This document shows, piece by piece, positions 58,759-64,000 of a stretch of DNA of 64,000 nucleotides (its first letter is position 1; every line of letters starts with the position of its first letter). Origin of the DNA: Rhodovarius sp. (GTDB lineage Bacteria > Pseudomonadota > Alphaproteobacteria > Acetobacterales > Acetobacteraceae); contig JANWYF010000134.1 of assembly GCA_025057055.1 (NCBI GenBank), forward strand, positions 2,410 to 66,409, written 5' to 3'. The notes under the pieces were generated by a model that saw only the letters and a program-made list of their open reading frames with translations, did no database searches and was not told the DNA's origin. The position numbers were made by a program, and so were the translations under genes.

Positions 58759-59351
58759 GCGGGCCCAGGCTCAGGCGCGTCTGCGTCTTCTGCGGCGCCT
58801 CCTTGGGGCGGGATCCGGCCCATGCCGAACTGGCCCGCGCCCTCGGCCAGACGATTGGCCGGCGCGGGCTGTCGCTCGTCTATGGCGGGGGCAGGGCCGG
58901 GCTGATGGGCGTCGTGGCCGATGCCGCGCTCGAGGCGGGGGCGGAGGTCTGGGGCATCATCCCCGTCGCCCTGCAGGAGCGCGAACTGCAGCACACCGGC
59001 ATCCAGCACCTCGAGGTCGTACCGGATATGCACACCCGCAAGGCGCGGATGAACGCCCTCTCCGACGGTTTCGTCGTGCTGCCGGGGGGAATCGGCACGC
59101 TGGAGGAGGCGGTCGAGATCCAGTCCTGGAGCCAGCTCGGCTTCCATCGCAAGGGCATCGTCTATCTCGACCGCGATGGCTACTGGGACGATTTCTTCAC
59201 CCTCACCCAGCGCATGGTCGATGCCGGCTATCTCCGCCCCGACCATCGCGCGATCGCCATCCGCGCCCACAGTCCGGAGGAGGCGCTCGATGCCCTGGAA
59301 CGCTGGGAGCCCACCGCCGAACACCGCTGGGCCCAAGGTGCCCGGGCATGA
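58755..59351 (+). CDS. LOG family phosphoribohydrolase (TIGR00730)
   Basis: VCVFCGAS.G, YGGG..GLMG, MH.RK, PGGIGTLEE. Confidence 0.92.
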   Translation: MSGPRLRRVCVFCGASLGRDPAHAELARALGQTIGRRGLSLVYGGGRAGLMGVVADAALEAGAEVWGIIPVALQERELQHTGIQHLEVVPDMHTRKARMNALSDGFVVLPGGIGTLEEAVEIQSWSQLGFHRKGIVYLDRDGYWDDFFTLTQRMVDAGYLRPDHRAIAIRAHSPEEALDALERWEPTAEHRWAQGARA

Positions 59352-60271
59352 TCGTCCATTCCGGCTGGCAGGGCCTGCCCGCCGAGGCGCGCGGGGCGAC
59401 CGTGGCGCTCGGCAACATGGATGGTGTTCACCTGGGCCACCGCGCGGTGCTGGCGGCGGCGCACCAGGCCCGGCCTGACCTGCCGCTTGCGGCCCTGACC
59501 TTCGAGCCGCATCCGCGCGAGTTCTTCCGGCCCGAGGATCCGCCTTTCCGCCTGACCCTGCTGCCGGCCAAGGCGGCGGCGCTGGCCGCGGCCGGGGCGC
59601 GGCTGTGCTATGCGCTGCCCTTCGATGCCGAACTGGCCGCGATGTCGGCCGAGGCCTTCTTCCGCGAGGTGCTGATCGCGGGGCTCGGCGTCCGGCACCT
59701 CGCCTGCGGTCCGGATTTCGCCTTCGGCTACCGCCGCGGCGGCAACCTCGCCTTCCTGCGCGCCGCTGCCGAGGCTGCCGGCATCGGCCTGTCCGTCGTG
59801 CCGCATCTCACGGACGCCGAGGGGATCGTCAGCTCCACCCGCATCCGGCGGGAGCTGCAAGGCGGCTATCCGGAGCGCGCCGCCGCCCTGCTCGGCCGCC
59901 CCTGGACGGTGCCCGGCATCGTCGAGGCCGGCGACCGCCGCGGGCGCAGCCTCGGCTTTCCCACCGCCAATATCCCGCTCGGCAGGCATCTCGAGCCGGC
60001 CCGGGGGGTCTATGCCGTCACGGTCACCCTCCCCGACGGGCGGGAGTTCCCGGGCGTGGCGAATATCGGGCGCCGCCCCACGCTGGGGGGGGATCCGGTC
60101 TCGCGCATCGAGGCCCACCTCTTTGGCTTTGGCGGCGACCTCTACGGGCAGGAGCTGCAGGTGGCGCTGCGCCATTTCCTGCGGCCGGAGCGCCGCTTTC
60201 CGGATCTGGCGGCGCTCGCGGCCCAGATCCGCGCCGATGCCGAAGAGGCGCGGCGGCTGCTCGGCGCCTGA
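59348..60271 (+). CDS. ribF: Bifunctional riboflavin kinase / FAD synthetase
   Basis: LGNMDGVHLGH, TFEPHP, VSSTRIR, GR.LGFPTAN, GVYAV, G.RPT, EAHLF, FLRPERRF. Confidence 0.95.
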   Translation: MIVHSGWQGLPAEARGATVALGNMDGVHLGHRAVLAAAHQARPDLPLAALTFEPHPREFFRPEDPPFRLTLLPAKAAALAAAGARLCYALPFDAELAAMSAEAFFREVLIAGLGVRHLACGPDFAFGYRRGGNLAFLRAAAEAAGIGLSVVPHLTDAEGIVSSTRIRRELQGGYPERAAALLGRPWTVPGIVEAGDRRGRSLGFPTANIPLGRHLEPARGVYAVTVTLPDGREFPGVANIGRRPTLGGDPVSRIEAHLFGFGGDLYGQELQVALRHFLRPERRFPDLAALAAQIRADAEEARRLLGA

Positions 60272-60339
60272 GGAGGCGCCTCAGCCCCGGCAGGCTTGCC
60301 CGCCCCCCGAAGCGCCCCATCTGGGGAAGCGGGGGCGTG

Positions 60340-61149
60340 ATGCTCTGCTACCTCATCAACCTCGACCGCGCGGCGGACCGGCTGGCCGCCTTCGACCGCC
60401 AAGCCCGCGCGCTCGGCATCGCGCTGCGGCGCATCCGCGCCGTCGATGCGCGCGACCTCTCCGCCGGCGTGGGCCGGCTGACGCGGGCGGAACTCGCCTG
60501 TTTCCTGAGCCACCGCCTGGCCTGGCGCGCCGTGCTGGAGGGGCAGGAGGAATGGGCCTTCATCGCCGAGGATGACCTCTGCTTCTCCGCGGCGGCCGCC
60601 CGTTTCCTGGCCGATGCCGCCTGGATCCCGCCCATGGCGCAGCTGATCAAGGCCGAGACCACCTTCAGCCCGCTGCTGCGCGGCTTCAGCCCCATCGCCC
60701 GGGCCCATGGCCACCGGCTGGAGGAGCTGTGGTCCTGGCACTGGGGCTGCGCGGGCTATTTCCTCTCCCGCCGCGGCGCGGAGAGGCTGCTCGCGCTGGG
60801 CGAGGTGCCGGCCGCCCCGGTGGACCAGCTGGTCTTCCAGCCGGGGCCAGAGCGCTATCACGACATGCCGCTGCTGCAGCTCGTGCCGGCCATTTGCGCG
60901 CAGGAGATGGTGCTGGCCGCCCGCCGCGGCCGCGCGCCCAGCCTGCCCAGCCTGATCGACCAGGACGAGCCGCGGGAGGTTCCGGGCCTCGCCGCGGCAA
61001 CCCCGCCGGCCATCACACCGGCCAGGCTGTGGCAAGAGCTGCGCGGAAGGCTGCATCGCGCCCGGCTCTATCTGCGCAGGGAGGCGATCCTGGGCCCCGT
61101 CCCGCTCGCCCCGCTGCTTCGCCTGCCGGAGGCCGAGGCGGCGGCTTGA
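60340..61149 (+). CDS. Glycosyltransferase family 25 (LPS/LOS biosynthesis type)
   Basis: YLINLDR..DR, AVDA, ACFLSH..AW, IAEDD, GY..S..GA..LL, PVDQ. Confidence 0.85.
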   Translation: MLCYLINLDRAADRLAAFDRQARALGIALRRIRAVDARDLSAGVGRLTRAELACFLSHRLAWRAVLEGQEEWAFIAEDDLCFSAAAARFLADAAWIPPMAQLIKAETTFSPLLRGFSPIARAHGHRLEELWSWHWGCAGYFLSRRGAERLLALGEVPAAPVDQLVFQPGPERYHDMPLLQLVPAICAQEMVLAARRGRAPSLPSLIDQDEPREVPGLAAATPPAITPARLWQELRGRLHRARLYLRREAILGPVPLAPLLRLPEAEAAA

Positions 61150-61239
61150 CCCGCCCCCCGCCCCGCCAGCATATGCTCCCTCCAATGCTTGCGCCCTGCC
61201 GCCGCCGAATTCGCTGCCCGGTCCCCTGAGGGGGGCCGG
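61146..61239 (+). promoter_or_regulatory. ileS promoter and leader with short uORF and hairpin
   Basis: TTGACC-N17-GCATAT at 61146-61174; uORF 61185-61229; hairpin 61217-61239. Confidence 0.45.
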
Positions 61240-61288
61240 GTCGGCCCGCGCGCGCCATCCTGCCGGGGTTCAGCCCCACGGACATCCC

Positions 61289-64000
61289 ATGAACGACGCC
61301 CCGCCCCGCCGCGACTATCGCCATACGGTCTTCCTGCCGACGACAAGCTTCCCGATGCGGGGCGAGCTGCCCCGGAGGGAGCCCGAGCTGCTCGCGCGTT
61401 GGCAGCGGATCGGCCTCTATCGCCGCCTGCGCGAGGCATCGCGCGGCCGTCCGCCCTTCGTGCTGCATGACGGCCCGCCCTATGCCAACGGCCCGCTGCA
61501 CATCGGCCATGCGCTGAACAAGATCCTCAAGGACGTGATCAACCGCGCGGCCCAGATGTCCGGCCGCGATGCCGATTTCATCCCCGGCTGGGACTGCCAC
61601 GGCCTGCCGATCGAATGGAAGGTCGAGGAAGAATACCGCGCCCGCCGGCAGGACAAGGACGCGGTGCCGGTGCTGGAGTTCCGGGCGGAATGTCGCGCCT
61701 ATGCCCAGAAATGGCTGGAGCATCAGCGCGAGGAGTTCAAGCGCCTGGGCGTGATCGGGGACTGGGAGAGGCCCTATACCACCATGGCACCGCGGTCCGA
61801 GGCGCTGATCATGGCCGAGATCGGGCGCTTCCTGATGAACGGGAGCCTCTATCGCGGCCTGCGCCCGGTGATGTGGAGCCCGGTCGAGAAGACCGCCCTC
61901 GCCGAGGCCGAGATCGAATACCACGACCACCGCTCGGCCATCCTCTATGCCCTCTTTCCGCTGCTGCGCGCCCCTGCCGCGCATGATCTGGTCGGTGCGC
62001 ATGCGGTGATCTGGACGACGACGCCCTGGACGCTGCCGGCCAATCGCGCCCTGGCCTATGGGGAAGAGATCGAATACGCCCTGCTCCATGTCGAGGGCGT
62101 GGCGGAAGGCTCCTGCCTGCGGCCGGGGCTGCGGCTGATCGTCGCGCTGCGGCTGCTGCCGGATGTCGCGGCAGCCTGCGGGATCGGCGCGCATACCCTG
62201 ATTCGCGTCTTTCCCGGGCGGGAACTGGCGGGGGCGGTCGCGGCCTCGGCCCTGCGCGGCCATGCCGGCGCCTACGGCCATGAGGTGCCGCTGCTGCCCG
62301 GCGATTTCGTCACCGAGGAGGCGGGCACGGGCATCGTCCATATCGCCCCCTCTCATGGCGAGGACGATTTCCAGCTCGGCCGCGCCCATGGCCTGCCGGT
62401 GCCGGAGACGGTGGCCGCCGACGGCACCTACACCGCCGAGGCGCCGGGATTTGTCGGCTTGCACGTCTTCCGCGCCCATGAGGCGGTGTGGGCCGCCCTC
62501 GCCGCGCTCGGCACCCTGGCCGGCAAGGGCTTCATCACCCACAGCTATCCCCATTCCTGGCGGTCCAAGCAGCCGGTCATCTTCCGCGCCACGCCGCAAT
62601 GGTTCATCGCGATGGATGATGCCAACGCGATCCGGCAGAAGGCGCTGGCGGCGATTGCGGCCACCCGCTTCATCCCGGAGGCCGGGCGCAATCGCCTGGC
62701 CGGCATGGTGGCGGCGCGGCCAGATTGGTGCATCAGCCGCCAGCGCGCCTGGGGCGTGCCGATCGCCGTCTTCGTCGACCGCCGGACGGGAGAGCCGCTG
62801 CGCGACCAGGCGGTGGTGGACCGCATCGTCGCCGCCTTCATGGAGGAGGGGGCGGATGCCTGGTACAAGCCCGATGCCGCCAGCCGCTTCCTCGGGCCCG
62901 GGCGCGATCCGGCCGACTACGAACAAGTGATGGACATCGTCGATGTCTGGTTCGAGAGCGGCTCGACCCACGCCTTCGTGCTGCCCGAGCGCAACCTGCC
63001 CTTCCCGGCCGATCTCTACCTCGAGGGGTCGGACCAGCATCGCGGCTGGTTCCACTCCTCCCTGCTCGAGAGCGTGGGCACGCGCGGCATCGCCCCCTTC
63101 AAGGCGGTGCTGACGCACGGCTTCGTCCTCGACGAGCAGGGGCGGAAGATGTCGAAGTCGCTCGGCAACGTCACCGCCCCGCAGGAGGTGCTCAAGGAAT
63201 ACGGCGCCGATATCCTGCGGCTGTGGGTGATGAACAGCGACACCGCCCAGGATCTGCGCATCGGCCCCGGCATCCTGAAGCAGCAGGCCGAACTCTACCG
63301 GCGGATCCGCAACACGCTGCGCTGGATCCTGGGCGGGCTTGCGGGCTACTCCGAGGCCGAGGAGGCGCTGCCCTACAGCGCGCTGCCCGAGCTCGAACGC
63401 TGGGTGCTGCATCGCCTATCCGAGCTCGATCGGCTGATCCGGGCGGCGGTGGACAGCCACGACTGGACCGGGGTCATCCCCGAACTCCACGGCTTCTGCA
63501 ACAACGACCTCTCGGCCTTCTACTTCGACATCCGCAAGGACAGCCTCTACTGCGATGCCCCGGCCAGCCCGCGGCGGCGCGCGGTGCGCACCGTGCTCGA
63601 TCAGCTGCACCGCTGCCTGACCGCCTGGTTCGCGCCGGTCCTGGTCTTCACCGCCGAGGAGGCCTGGCTCGCCCGCTTCCCTGGTGACGAGGAGAGCGTG
63701 CATCTGCGCCAGTTCCCGGATCTGCCCGCCGCCTGGCGCGACGATGCGCTGGCCGCGCGCTGGGAGCGCATCCGCGCGATCCGGCGGGAGGTGACGGCGA
63801 CCCTCGAGCAGGCCCGCGCGCAGGGCGAGATCGGCGCCTTCCTGCAGGCCGCCCCGATCCTCGAGCTGCCGCCCGAAGATGCCGCCCTGCTGCCTGCCGA
63901 GGCCTGGGCCGAGCTCTGCATCACCTCGGCGGCCACCATCAGGCCCGCCGATCGCCTGGCGATCCGCTTCGCCAAGGCGCCGGGGGCGAAGTGCGAACGC
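61289..64000 (+). CDS. ileS: Isoleucyl-tRNA synthetase (runs off window)
   Basis: Manual translation: HDGPPYANG.LHIGHALNKILKD, PGWDCHGLP, DWCISRQRAWG, EGSDQHRGWF, KMSKS, KCER in frame at window end. Confidence 0.97.
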   Translation, partial: MNDAPPRRDYRHTVFLPTTSFPMRGELPRREPELLARWQRIGLYRRLREASRGRPPFVLHDGPPYANGPLHIGHALNKILKDVINRAAQMSGRDADFIPGWDCHGLPIEWKVEEEYRARRQDKDAVPVLEFRAECRAYAQKWLEHQREEFKRLGVIGDWERPYTTMAPRSEALIMAEIGRFLMNGSLYRGLRPVMWSPVEKTALAEAEIEYHDHRSAILYALFPLLRAPAAHDLVGAHAVIWTTTPWTLPANRALAYGEEIEYALLHVEGVAEGSCLRPGLRLIVALRLLPDVAAACGIGAHTLIRVFPGRELAGAVAASALRGHAGAYGHEVPLLPGDFVTEEAGTGIVHIAPSHGEDDFQLGRAHGLPVPETVAADGTYTAEAPGFVGLHVFRAHEAVWAALAALGTLAGKGFITHSYPHSWRSKQPVIFRATPQWFIAMDDANAIRQKALAAIAATRFIPEAGRNRLAGMVAARPDWCISRQRAWGVPIAVFVDRRTGEPLRDQAVVDRIVAAFMEEGADAWYKPDAASRFLGPGRDPADYEQVMDIVDVWFESGSTHAFVLPERNLPFPADLYLEGSDQHRGWFHSSLLESVGTRGIAPFKAVLTHGFVLDEQGRKMSKSLGNVTAPQEVLKEYGADILRLWVMNSDTAQDLRIGPGILKQQAELYRRIRNTLRWILGGLAGYSEAEEALPYSALPELERWVLHRLSELDRLIRAAVDSHDWTGVIPELHGFCNNDLSAFYFDIRKDSLYCDAPASPRRRAVRTVLDQLHRCLTAWFAPVLVFTAEEAWLARFPGDEESVHLRQFPDLPAAWRDDALAARWERIRAIRREVTATLEQARAQGEIGAFLQAAPILELPPEDAALLPAEAWAELCITSAATIRPADRLAIRFAKAPGAKCER

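Noticed and set aside
59605-60339. N-terminal 245 aa of the 514-aa GT25 ORF
   Set aside because: Overlaps ribF in another frame; the GT25 domain starts at ATG 60340.

Overview
A uniformly very GC-rich chromosomal segment of an alphaproteobacterium. Gene content and order suggest an Acetobacteraceae/Roseomonas-like organism (inference). Core housekeeping blocks are pdhA(partial)-ftsB-eno; rpsB-tsf-pyrH-frr-uppS-cdsA-dxr-rseP-bamA-skp-lpxD-fabZ-lpxA-lpxI-gloA; maoC-LOG-ribF-GT25-ileS(partial); and tRNA-Leu(CAA) and tRNA-Glu(CTC). Accessory modules lie between them: an arsR-arsC fusion/GAPDH/arsJ arsenate operon, a metallophosphoesterase plus non-RD Ser/Thr kinase-USP pair, an OprB/MnoP-like porin with a long structured leader, TctCBA, two peptide/nickel-type ABC operons (one carrying two amidohydrolases, a CDF-like transporter and an Fe-ADH), a BigR/SqrR-DUF2892-YeeE/YedE sulfur module, an orphan hybrid kinase, and an M20 peptidase-WD40/cytochrome c-EamA operon with an apparent 1-nt frameshift. 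I saw no integrase, transposase, prophage, CRISPR array or rRNA. The best candidates for undescribed biology are the kinase-USP/phosphoesterase module, the periplasmic WD40-cytochrome c operon, the CDF embedded in the catabolic ABC operon, the porin leader RNA and an ileS leader peptide/hairpin. All annotation is from motif recognition by eye; no database searches were run.
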